Shown one piece after another: positions 23,753 through 31,806 of a DNA stretch of 32,000 nucleotides. The stretch spans positions 7,260,001-7,292,000 of the forward strand of contig NC_010628.1 in the NCBI RefSeq assembly GCF_000020025.1, read 5' to 3'. The stretch comes from Nostoc punctiforme PCC 73102. GTDB taxonomy: Bacteria; Cyanobacteriota; Cyanobacteriia; Cyanobacteriales; Nostocaceae. Position 1 is the stretch's first letter; the number at the start of each line of letters is the position of its first letter. A program made the translations under genes and the position numbers. The notes under the pieces are model-generated. The model saw only the letters and a list, made by a program, of their open reading frames with translations, was not told where the DNA came from and made no database searches.

Positions 23753-25327
23753 ATGAATAAATACGAATATCAAATTGGCGGTAGTCTTAAAGTCGATGCT
23801 CCTAGCTATGTAGAACGACAGGCTGATATTGAACTTTATAATGCTCTCATCCAAGGTGAATTTTGTTATGTATTTAGTTCCCGACAGATGGGTAAATCTA
23901 GCTTGCGTTTACAAACAAGACACCGATTAGAACAAGCCGGCTACAGTTGCGCTTCTATCGATATGACTCGGATCGGCAACGGCAATATTACTCCTGCTCA
24001 ATGGTATAAGGGCATAGTGGTTGACTTATTAAGGAGCTTTAATATATTTGGCAAAGTTAATTTAAAAACCTGGTGGTCGGAGCGAGAAGATTTACCTGCG
24101 TTACAGCGATTGAGCCAATTTGTCGAAGATATTTTGTTAGTTGAAATAAAAGCTGAAAAAATATTTATTTTTATTGATGAAATTGATAGTGTTTTAGGTT
24201 TGAATTTCCCTGTCGTCGATTTTTTTACTCTAATTCGCTCGTGCTACAATCAGCGAGCAGAAAATCCAGAATATAACCGTCTAACTTGGGCACTATTCGG
24301 AGTGGCAACGCCTTCAGATTTGATTGCCGATCGCAACTGTACTCCATTTAATATCGGTAAATCTATTGAACTACACGGTTTTAACTTCTCAGAAGTTCAG
24401 CCATTAACAGCAGGGTTAGAAGGTAAAGTCGCTAATCCTATGGCAGTTATCAAAGACATTTTGGCTTGGACAAATGGTCAACCTTTTCTGACTCAAAAGC
24501 TCTGTCAGATAGTAGTGCAAGAAAGAAACTCTGGAAGCAAAAATGTTGAAGAGCAGAGAAGTATAGAAGTTGACGAGCGTTATAAATTGGATGACCATTT
24601 ACCGATTGTTAATCAACATCTGATAAATTTTTATTATCAATTTCCATTGTTAGTTTTAGAAAAACTCGTGCAAACCCATATTATAGAGAAATGGGAAGCA
24701 AAGGACGATCCTGAGCATTTGAAAACAATCCGCGATCGCTTGCTGAGAAATGAACAGCGTGCTGGAGGCTTACTGGGAATGTACCAGCAAATTTTGCAAG
24801 GAATTCAGATAGCTTGTGATGAGGGAGAGGAGCAAATAGAACTGCTGTTATCGGGATTAGTAACCAAGCAGCAAGGGCAACTAATAGTCAAGAACCGCAT
24901 TTATGAAGAGGTTTTTAATCAAACTTGGGTAGAAAAACAATTAGCAAAGTTGCGACCCTATTCGCAAGCATTAAATGCTTGGATAGCCTCAGAACACTGT
25001 GATAATTCTCGACTATTACGCGGGAAAGCTTTACTTGAAGCTCTAGCTTGGTCACAAGGCAAAAGCTTGAGCGATCTAGATTATCAGTTTTTAGCAGCTA
25101 GCCAAGAATGCGATCGGCGAGAAGTTGAGACATGGTTAGAAGCTGAACGAACTAAAGAAGTTAAAGCTAGATTAGTTCAAGAGCAAAAAGCAGCTAGATT
25201 CCAAAGATTATTTTTTATCGGCGCATTCAGTTGGGCATTGATAGTTGTTTTAGGATTAGGGGTAGTGACTTTCCAGTATAAAAAGCACTGTTCCGTTACC
25301 TCAAAGCAATTACTAGATCAACCTTGA
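23753..25327 (+). CDS. AAA-like (STAND/ORC-like) NTPase with a C-terminal coiled coil and a single TM anchor
   Basis: 524 aa. The opening YQIGGSL..DAPSYVERQAD.EL, Walker A (SSRQMGKS) and Walker B (IFIFIDEID) match my recollection of the Pfam AAA-like (AAA_35) family. It also has a wHTH-like segment (GLVTKQQGQLIVKNRIYEEVF), a LLRGKALLEALAWS...LDYQFLAAS linker and a TM segment (LFFIGAFSWALIVVLGLGVVTF). It starts 5 nt after the upstream stop codon. Confidence 0.75.
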   Translation: MNKYEYQIGGSLKVDAPSYVERQADIELYNALIQGEFCYVFSSRQMGKSSLRLQTRHRLEQAGYSCASIDMTRIGNGNITPAQWYKGIVVDLLRSFNIFGKVNLKTWWSEREDLPALQRLSQFVEDILLVEIKAEKIFIFIDEIDSVLGLNFPVVDFFTLIRSCYNQRAENPEYNRLTWALFGVATPSDLIADRNCTPFNIGKSIELHGFNFSEVQPLTAGLEGKVANPMAVIKDILAWTNGQPFLTQKLCQIVVQERNSGSKNVEEQRSIEVDERYKLDDHLPIVNQHLINFYYQFPLLVLEKLVQTHIIEKWEAKDDPEHLKTIRDRLLRNEQRAGGLLGMYQQILQGIQIACDEGEEQIELLLSGLVTKQQGQLIVKNRIYEEVFNQTWVEKQLAKLRPYSQALNAWIASEHCDNSRLLRGKALLEALAWSQGKSLSDLDYQFLAASQECDRREVETWLEAERTKEVKARLVQEQKAARFQRLFFIGAFSWALIVVLGLGVVTFQYKKHCSVTSKQLLDQP

Positions 25328-25340
25328 AGCGAACACAATT

Positions 25341-26225
25341 TTAGTGAGTGCTGGGATAGTAAGCACTAGTACATAAATATTCCTGCTCTTTAAACTCTAG
25401 ATAACTAAAGCTGATTTTCACATTTAGATGCCGACCATCTTGAGTTAGGTGAATAGATTCAAAACTGGAGGAGTCTTTTTGTCTAAGTTCCTGCCATTGT
25501 GAGTGCCAAGTTTCTGCGGGAAAATTGGGATCAATATCGTGAACGGTCATAGTCAACAGTTCTTTGCGAGAATAGCCTAAAATCTGGCAAGCTGCTTCAT
25601 TTACATAAACCAACTGGGCATTTGAATTAATAAAAAAAATTGAATCTCTAAACTTATCTAAATAAAATTGGCTTAACCGCAATGCTGATTCTGCTTTTTG
25701 ACGGTCGCTAATTTCTTGTTGCAAAAGTACATTTTGCTCAGTGAGTTGTTTTTGTAGTCTTCGGATAGTCAAGTTATTTTCCACACGGGCAAAAACCTCT
25801 TCTTCACTAAAAGGTTTGGTAATGTAATCTACTCCCCCGACTGCAAAAGCTTTGACTTTATCAAATACTTCATCCAAGGCACTAATAAAAATTACTGGAA
25901 TGTCGCGGGTTATCTCTGAGGCTTTCAAATGTTGACAGACTTCATAGCCATTCATTTCTGGCATCATGATGTCAAGTAAGATTAAATCGGGCGGTGCAGC
26001 TTGTGCTGTTTTCAAAGCTGTTGGACCGTTAATCACTCTCCGAATTTCATACCCAAGCTGAGTTAGCATAGCTGATAAAAGTCGCAGATTATCGGGTGTA
26101 TCATCAACAACAAGAATATTTGCTTTTGGTAGTTGAACTTGATGGTTATCCATATTTATGAGAACTAATTTATCAGAAAAGAATTCAGGAGCGGAGCCGG
26201 AGACGTTTCCGTTAGCTCCGGTCAT
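25341..26225 (-). CDS. Response-regulator receiver + PAS protein with no recognisable output domain
   Basis: The REC domain reads ILVVDDTPDNLRLL...LILLDIMMPEMNGYEVC...ITKPF. A coiled coil and one PAS domain follow (LVYVNEAACQILGYSRKELL). The more likely start is ATG 26153 (MDNHQVQ). Confidence 0.85.
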   Translation of the reverse strand: MTGANGNVSGSAPEFFSDKLVLINMDNHQVQLPKANILVVDDTPDNLRLLSAMLTQLGYEIRRVINGPTALKTAQAAPPDLILLDIMMPEMNGYEVCQHLKASEITRDIPVIFISALDEVFDKVKAFAVGGVDYITKPFSEEEVFARVENNLTIRRLQKQLTEQNVLLQQEISDRQKAESALRLSQFYLDKFRDSIFFINSNAQLVYVNEAACQILGYSRKELLTMTVHDIDPNFPAETWHSQWQELRQKDSSSFESIHLTQDGRHLNVKISFSYLEFKEQEYLCTSAYYPSTH

Positions 26226-26320
26226 AAATCAGGATTTAGAATTTAATTGGAGTCAGACTGGTGAATGAATCGGTTAAGATCCCCACCAAATCTTCTGGTG
26301 CATTCGCTACACAAAAATTT

Positions 26321-26843
26321 AGAGGATGTCTGAGAAGTATTAAATATTTCGTCCGATCCCCCTAGCCCCCCTTTCCAATGCTACCGTGTACACACAAATC
26401 GAATTTCTTCTTAAATCCAGTCATTTATTGAATTCGGGCGAGCGTTTATTGAATTCGGGCGGTCGTTTATTGAATTCGGGCGAGCGTTTATTGAATTCGG
26501 GCGAGCGTTTATTGAATTCGGGCGAGCGTTTATTGAATTCGGGCGAGCGTTTATTGAATTCGGGCGGTCGTTTATTGAATTCGGGCAATCGTTGATTGAA
26601 TTCAAGCAGTGGTTAGGGTGGGGTAAAACCCAGATTATTGAGCCAGTTCAGACTTGTGTATACACCGTAGCTTTCCAAGGGGGAAAAACTTCTAAAAGTC
26701 CCCCTTTTTAAGGGGAGCCACTGCGCCCTTGCGGTTTCCCGACTTGTTCGCGTAGCGTCTCCCCTTGGGAGAAGCATGTGGCGTGGATTTAGGGGGATCT
26801 ACAAGTCTCGAATACAACACTAAAAAGTTTTCAGACATCCTCT
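26321..26843. repeat. Composite element of about 520 bp bounded by nested inverted repeats, with a central 21-nt tandem array
   Basis: Inverted-repeat pair 1 is agaggatgtctga (26321-26333) / tcagacatcctct (26831-26843), 13 of 13. Pair 2 is gatccccctag (26355-26365) / ttagggggatc (26789-26799), 10 of 11. Pair 3 is 26366-26398 / 26653-26685, about 24 of 31. No ORF is present. Confidence 0.55.
26425..26613. repeat. Tandem array of 9 x 21 nt (TTATTGAATTCGGGCGAGCGT)
   Basis: There are eight near-perfect units and one degenerate unit. Variation is confined to positions 17-18 (ga, gt or aa). Each unit contains GAATTC. Confidence 0.92.
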
Positions 26844-26922
26844 TAGCGCTCTTTAATTAGTGGCAGGTATCAATCCCCACTTTCTTGTTCTGACTTTTGA
26901 ATTCTGATTCAAAAATCATTTC

Positions 26923-29900
26923 TTACAGTTGGGTTAAATCAATAACTTTATCAATCCGAAAGTTATTAATCCAATCAGACAGAGTGTTTGCCAAAAGAGC
27001 AGATTCTTCAGGAATTTGCTCAAGTAAGCTGAAAATCAGTTTTTCATCAGTACAGAGTGCCGCTTGGTGTAGCTGTGTCACCCACTCAGTAGGCATCTGA
27101 GCTAGAATTTCTTCTAATGATAGAAGTTTAAGGTTGGGATTTTTTGCAAGTTGGTCTTGTTGAAGTGGTTCCTGTTCATATACATAACGCACTCCTAAAT
27201 ATTTAGATATGATATTTAAGATTACTTCTTCTCGGAACGGCTTACGCACAAAATCGTTGCAGCCTGCCGATAAAACCACAAACCGTTCCTCATCAAAAGC
27301 ACTAGCAGTTAGAGCAATAATGACTGTAGCTTGACCTTTTAAAGTAGCTCTGATTTGTTTAGTGGCTTCATACCCATCCATCACGGGCATTCGCATATCC
27401 ATGAAAATCAGGTGGGGTTCCCAAGTTTGCCAAAGAGCGATCGCTTCTTGTCCGTTAGCTGCTGCCTGAGTTTCAAAACCAATACTATTAAATAACTGCG
27501 TTAATAAATCACAATTGTCTTCGCGGTCATCAACTATCAGGATTCTGTATACAGGTTGCCCTGGTGTCAAAGCAATTACTCTACGTTTGAGTGTTGGTGG
27601 TGCAATATCTAATGAGTCTGCTAGTTCAATTTTGATATCAAAGTAGAAAGTTGAGCCACTGCCTACCACACTATGAACTCGGATATCGCCACCCATTAAC
27701 TGCACAAATTGACGGCTGATTGTTAATCCTAATCCTGTCCCTTCCATTACTTGTCTGGCACTTGCAGTCTGAACGAAAGGCTGAAATAAATTATCTAATT
27801 CCTCTGTAGGAATTCCCAATCCTGTATCTTCAATTTTAAAGCTAATCAGGGATTGGGAATTGGGCACAAGAGGCAGAGGAGCAGAGGGGCAGAGGGGCAG
27901 AGGGGAAAGACTTAGTGCAACTTCTCCCCTGCTCCCCTGCTCCCCAATCCCCAAGCTTACGCGCAACGTTACTCCCCCAGTATTGGTAAATTTAATGGCA
28001 TTTCCCAATAGGTTGATCAGCACTTGTCGGAGCTTACTTTCGTCTGTGAGGATATATTGGTGCAAATTTGGAGCAAGTTCAAATGAGAGTGATAACTTTT
28101 TATCCTTGGCTCGTACCTGAAACATCTGTTGCATCTCTTGCAATAACCTATGCAAATCAAAGGATGTCGGGTTAAGAACAATCCGTCCAGCCTCGATTTT
28201 GGACATTTCCAGCACATCGTTAATTAAGTTGAGCAGGTGTTCTCCACTACGATTGATAGTTGCTAAAGAGTCTCGCTGACGTTTGTTGAGGGTGGTGTCT
28301 CGTTCCATTAGCTGGGCAAAACCCAAAATGGCATTGAGTGGCGTTCGCAGTTCATGGCTCATGTTGGCTAAGAAGGCGCTTTTTGAACGGTTGGCAGTTT
28401 CGGCGGTTTCTTTGGCAATTCGTAGTGCCTCTTCAGCCTTATGCCGCGATCGCCCAATGGCTATGAGTTCGCTCACCAGTTGCAGTAAGTTGATTTCCTC
28501 TTGGTTCCAAGTTTTGGATTTGTTAACAGTATCTAATTCCAGTAGTCCAACGACTCTGCCGGCATAAATCATTGGTACAGCCACTACAGATTTAATTATT
28601 TCTCTGTAAGTCAATTCTGTCTCGACGTTTGCCTCTGGTAAAATATTTGCAATGCGAGACGCTTGTAAACCTTGAATAGGATTACCGTTGAGAATTTGGT
28701 TATAAAACCAGGGCAACGGCTCAGATGAAGTGGTGTTGTTTAATATGCTGCTGGGATTATACCACTCATGGGCGATGTGAAATTGCTGTTGTGGCTCGTG
28801 ATATTCAAAGATACAACTGCATTCAGCTCCCATAAATTCGGCGATCGCTTGCAGGGTAAAATTGATTGCGGTATCTGCATCTTGGTCGATAAACTGGCGA
28901 GAAATGCTGTTTAATAGTCTATCTACCTGAGCGCGATGCCAAAGTGTGGCTTCAACTTGCTTACGTTCAGTCAAGTCTTGCACCAACCCCTGAATGAGTT
29001 TGCGCTCACCCAACTTAAATACTGTTAACCATACCTCAGCCGGAAAATCTGTACCATCGGCACGACGGTGAACCCATTCAAAACGATGTCTGCCTTGTTC
29101 ATAGGCGATCGCAACTTGTTCGCGGGCTAAACTAGCAGAAGTTTGACCGTTTGGTTGAAATGGTGGTGAAAATTCACTGGGATGCTTCTGCAAAAACTCT
29201 TGCCGAGAATAGCCGAATAGTTCCTCTGCTGCCCGGTTACAATCAAGAGGAATTCCGTTTTCCTGTAACATGACCGCAATGCTGGTTGATTCGTAAAGAG
29301 CGCGAAATCTGGCTTCTGATTGTCGCAAAGATTCTTCTACAAGTTTGCGATCGCTAATATCGGTAATGACAGCATCTATACAGCCATCCTGAGCATTCCG
29401 TCTCAGCGAGATTAGTCCCCAACCAAGAGATTTATCGCGACGACACAGTTGCAACTCAAAGTTACGTACTTCACCCTGCTGTGCCATTTCTGCCAATAGC
29501 TGTTGGCGATCGTTTGGATTCGCGTAAAACTCCGTCGTGAATTGCTTGCCAATGAGATCGGTGGCGCAACTATAACCCAAAATTTCGGCTTGGCGTTGGT
29601 TAGCTTCCAGAAACAGCCCATCTTCTAAGCGAATGCGAGCAATCCCCACTTGAAAATTCTCAAAAATGTTGCGATATTTCTGTTCGCTGCGACGTAGAGC
29701 TTCTTCTGACTGTTTGCGATCTGTAATATCGCGGAAGTACCAAATTCTACCGTAGTAATCTTCTGTTAGCGATCGCACAGATGCAGAATATCGGTCTAGA
29801 GTTCTTCCATCTTTCAGGCGAATTTCATCCCGGCTGATTTGGTCTGGATGGGCGTAGAGATACTCAACTTTTGCCAGAAACTCCTGTGGCTGTTCTAGTT

Positions 29901-31650
29901 TTTCGAGTGCTAATTCTAGTAATCGCCGATTGTTACCACTGACAAATCTTTCTGGAATTTGCCATAACTGACAAAAACGCTGATTATAAGATACAACACG
30001 ATTATTTTCATCAACGACTAAAATTCCATCAATTGAAGCTTCTTGTTGGGCTTTGAGTATGGCATTACTGCGGTGTAAATCTGCCTCTACTTGCTTGCGA
30101 TCGTTAATGTCAGCAACCACGGCTTCAAGACAATTATCTTCCACATTTAAACGTAAGGAAAATAAGCCCCAATGAGCCTTACCGTTGCATTGATAAAACT
30201 GTAGCTCAAAATTTTTGAGCGAACCTTTTTCACGCAGTTCGGTTATTATACGCTGGCGATCGCTTGGGTTTGCATAAAAATCTGTGGTAAATTTTGTGCC
30301 ACCAATTAAGTCTGCTACACAACTGTAGCCTAATAGCTCGGCAAGGCGTTGATTGGCATCTAAAATCAGTCCATCATCAATTCGGCTGCGAAGGATGCCA
30401 AATTGAGAGTTTTCAAACAGATTGCGAAACTTTTGCTCACTCTTGAGCAAAGCTTGTTCAGCTTGTTTACGCTCTGTAATCACACGCGCAACGCTGATCA
30501 ATACCAAGTTACCATTTAGATCATTTGTTGTAGCTAAGTTAGAAGCTTGCCATTGCCAACTACCATCCTTGAGCCTAGCTCTATACTCAATTTCTAACCT
30601 TTCCCCTGTTGTTACTACCCTGTTGACTGCATCTAGACAACTTGGTAAGTCATCAGGATGAATAAAATCTGCAAATGGGATACCTTCTAACTCAGTAGTC
30701 TCATAGCCTGTAAGCTTGGCTAAATTGGGCGAAATATAGCTGATTCGTCCTTCTAAGTCAATCAGAGAAATAATATCATTAGAATTTTCCACAATGCGCC
30801 GGAACTTAATTTCGCTTTCGCTCAAAGCTTTTTCTACTTGCTGGCGTGCAGTAATATCCCGAAAGCTCCAAACACGTCCAATAATTTTATTGCCCTGCCA
30901 TTGAGGTTGAGAGTAACGCTCAAAAACACGTCCATCTTTCATTTCTATCAAATCAAAAGCTTCCTGTTCTGGGAACTTATAAAACAGTTCCTTGACTCTG
31001 GCAATAAACGCTTCAGGATCTCGCGTTTGTTCAGACATAAATTTGAATCGTTCATTATTTTGAGAAGGTAGCAACAACGATTCTGGTATTGACCACATCT
31101 GAAGAAACTTTTGATTAAAGACTGCTACATTAAAGTCCTGATTTACAACTATAATTCCATCAGCTGTAGATTCAACTGTCGCTTGCAAAAGAGATAGAGT
31201 TTCTGCTTGTTTTTGTTGTGCTAAGTAGCCTTCCCTTTCCCAATGTTTTGCTTGAGTGACATCTCGAATTACTAATATAGATGACCTATCACCTCCTGTA
31301 AGTTGGACGCAGTTGCCTGATATTTCTAAAATTAAGGAGCGATGTTTGCCGTCACGACATTCATATTCTTCTGTGATTTCATACTCTCCCCCTAACACCC
31401 TCATATTTGGATAAGACTCTGGTGCAACTTCTTCACCAGCTAGGCTTAAAAATAACAAGTCACTCAGCTTGGCATTAAGAACGAGAATATGCGATCGGTT
31501 AACCAGTTTGTCAAAAGCAGTATTGCACCATTGTATTTTGCCATCACTACCAGTCCAGACAATAGCATCAGCGATCGCCCCCAGCGCCACCTCCATCTTG
31601 CCCAAAATTGCCCGTAATTGGTTGACCAAACTAGTCAAATGTATGCTCAT
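26923..31650 (-). CDS. Hybrid sensor histidine kinase: about 7 PAS domains, GAF, HisKA, HATPase_c and REC, plus an uncharacterised C-terminal tail
   Basis: 1575 aa. The H-box is FLANMSHELRTPLNAILGF, the N-box is LINLLGNAIKFT, and the G-boxes are EDTGLGI and GTGLGLTIS. The REC domain reads ILIVDDREDN...IFMDMRMPVMDGYE. Repeated PAS signatures and coiled linkers (DITxRKQxE) are present. Confidence 0.92.
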   Translation of the reverse strand: MSIHLTSLVNQLRAILGKMEVALGAIADAIVWTGSDGKIQWCNTAFDKLVNRSHILVLNAKLSDLLFLSLAGEEVAPESYPNMRVLGGEYEITEEYECRDGKHRSLILEISGNCVQLTGGDRSSILVIRDVTQAKHWEREGYLAQQKQAETLSLLQATVESTADGIIVVNQDFNVAVFNQKFLQMWSIPESLLLPSQNNERFKFMSEQTRDPEAFIARVKELFYKFPEQEAFDLIEMKDGRVFERYSQPQWQGNKIIGRVWSFRDITARQQVEKALSESEIKFRRIVENSNDIISLIDLEGRISYISPNLAKLTGYETTELEGIPFADFIHPDDLPSCLDAVNRVVTTGERLEIEYRARLKDGSWQWQASNLATTNDLNGNLVLISVARVITERKQAEQALLKSEQKFRNLFENSQFGILRSRIDDGLILDANQRLAELLGYSCVADLIGGTKFTTDFYANPSDRQRIITELREKGSLKNFELQFYQCNGKAHWGLFSLRLNVEDNCLEAVVADINDRKQVEADLHRSNAILKAQQEASIDGILVVDENNRVVSYNQRFCQLWQIPERFVSGNNRRLLELALEKLEQPQEFLAKVEYLYAHPDQISRDEIRLKDGRTLDRYSASVRSLTEDYYGRIWYFRDITDRKQSEEALRRSEQKYRNIFENFQVGIARIRLEDGLFLEANQRQAEILGYSCATDLIGKQFTTEFYANPNDRQQLLAEMAQQGEVRNFELQLCRRDKSLGWGLISLRRNAQDGCIDAVITDISDRKLVEESLRQSEARFRALYESTSIAVMLQENGIPLDCNRAAEELFGYSRQEFLQKHPSEFSPPFQPNGQTSASLAREQVAIAYEQGRHRFEWVHRRADGTDFPAEVWLTVFKLGERKLIQGLVQDLTERKQVEATLWHRAQVDRLLNSISRQFIDQDADTAINFTLQAIAEFMGAECSCIFEYHEPQQQFHIAHEWYNPSSILNNTTSSEPLPWFYNQILNGNPIQGLQASRIANILPEANVETELTYREIIKSVVAVPMIYAGRVVGLLELDTVNKSKTWNQEEINLLQLVSELIAIGRSRHKAEEALRIAKETAETANRSKSAFLANMSHELRTPLNAILGFAQLMERDTTLNKRQRDSLATINRSGEHLLNLINDVLEMSKIEAGRIVLNPTSFDLHRLLQEMQQMFQVRAKDKKLSLSFELAPNLHQYILTDESKLRQVLINLLGNAIKFTNTGGVTLRVSLGIGEQGSRGEVALSLSPLPLCPSAPLPLVPNSQSLISFKIEDTGLGIPTEELDNLFQPFVQTASARQVMEGTGLGLTISRQFVQLMGGDIRVHSVVGSGSTFYFDIKIELADSLDIAPPTLKRRVIALTPGQPVYRILIVDDREDNCDLLTQLFNSIGFETQAAANGQEAIALWQTWEPHLIFMDMRMPVMDGYEATKQIRATLKGQATVIIALTASAFDEERFVVLSAGCNDFVRKPFREEVILNIISKYLGVRYVYEQEPLQQDQLAKNPNLKLLSLEEILAQMPTEWVTQLHQAALCTDEKLIFSLLEQIPEESALLANTLSDWINNFRIDKVIDLTQL
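27851..27952. repeat. G-rich/C-rich hairpin repeat (dispersed family, copy 3) inserted in frame in the kinase CDS
   Basis: gattgggaattgggcac...gcagaggggcagaggggcagaggggaaag, loop acttagtgcaac, then ttctcccctgctcccctgctccccaatcccc. It has the same left end as copy 2 at 11363. It translates as GIGEQGSRGEVALSLSPLPLCPSAPLPLVPNSQS between the N-box and the G1-box. Confidence 0.65.
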
Positions 31651-31806
31651 CGGCAGACTCCCCTCCGGGGAATTAAAAATGAAAAATTAAGAATTAAAAA
31701 TTGTAACTATTGGGTACAAGTCCCCAATATTAATTAAAATTTACTATTTTTAATGAAAAAAAAGGTCAATTTGTGATTTTTTTGGCGATCTATCTTCTCA
31801 TTTATT

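Noticed and set aside
26386-26605. The 21-nt arrays (here and at 18676-18927) were considered as CRISPR arrays or as genes for LLNSGER-repeat peptides.
   Set aside because: The units are directly adjacent with no unique spacers, they are shorter than typical CRISPR repeats, and no cas genes or leader are present. The coding interpretation fails for the same both-strands-open reason.
26425-26613. Iteron-type replication origin, suggested by nine phased 21-bp direct repeats.
   Set aside because: The window contains no rep, par or mob genes and I saw no DnaA-box cluster. The surrounding genes are ordinary chromosomal genes. It is kept only as a minor alternative in the finding.
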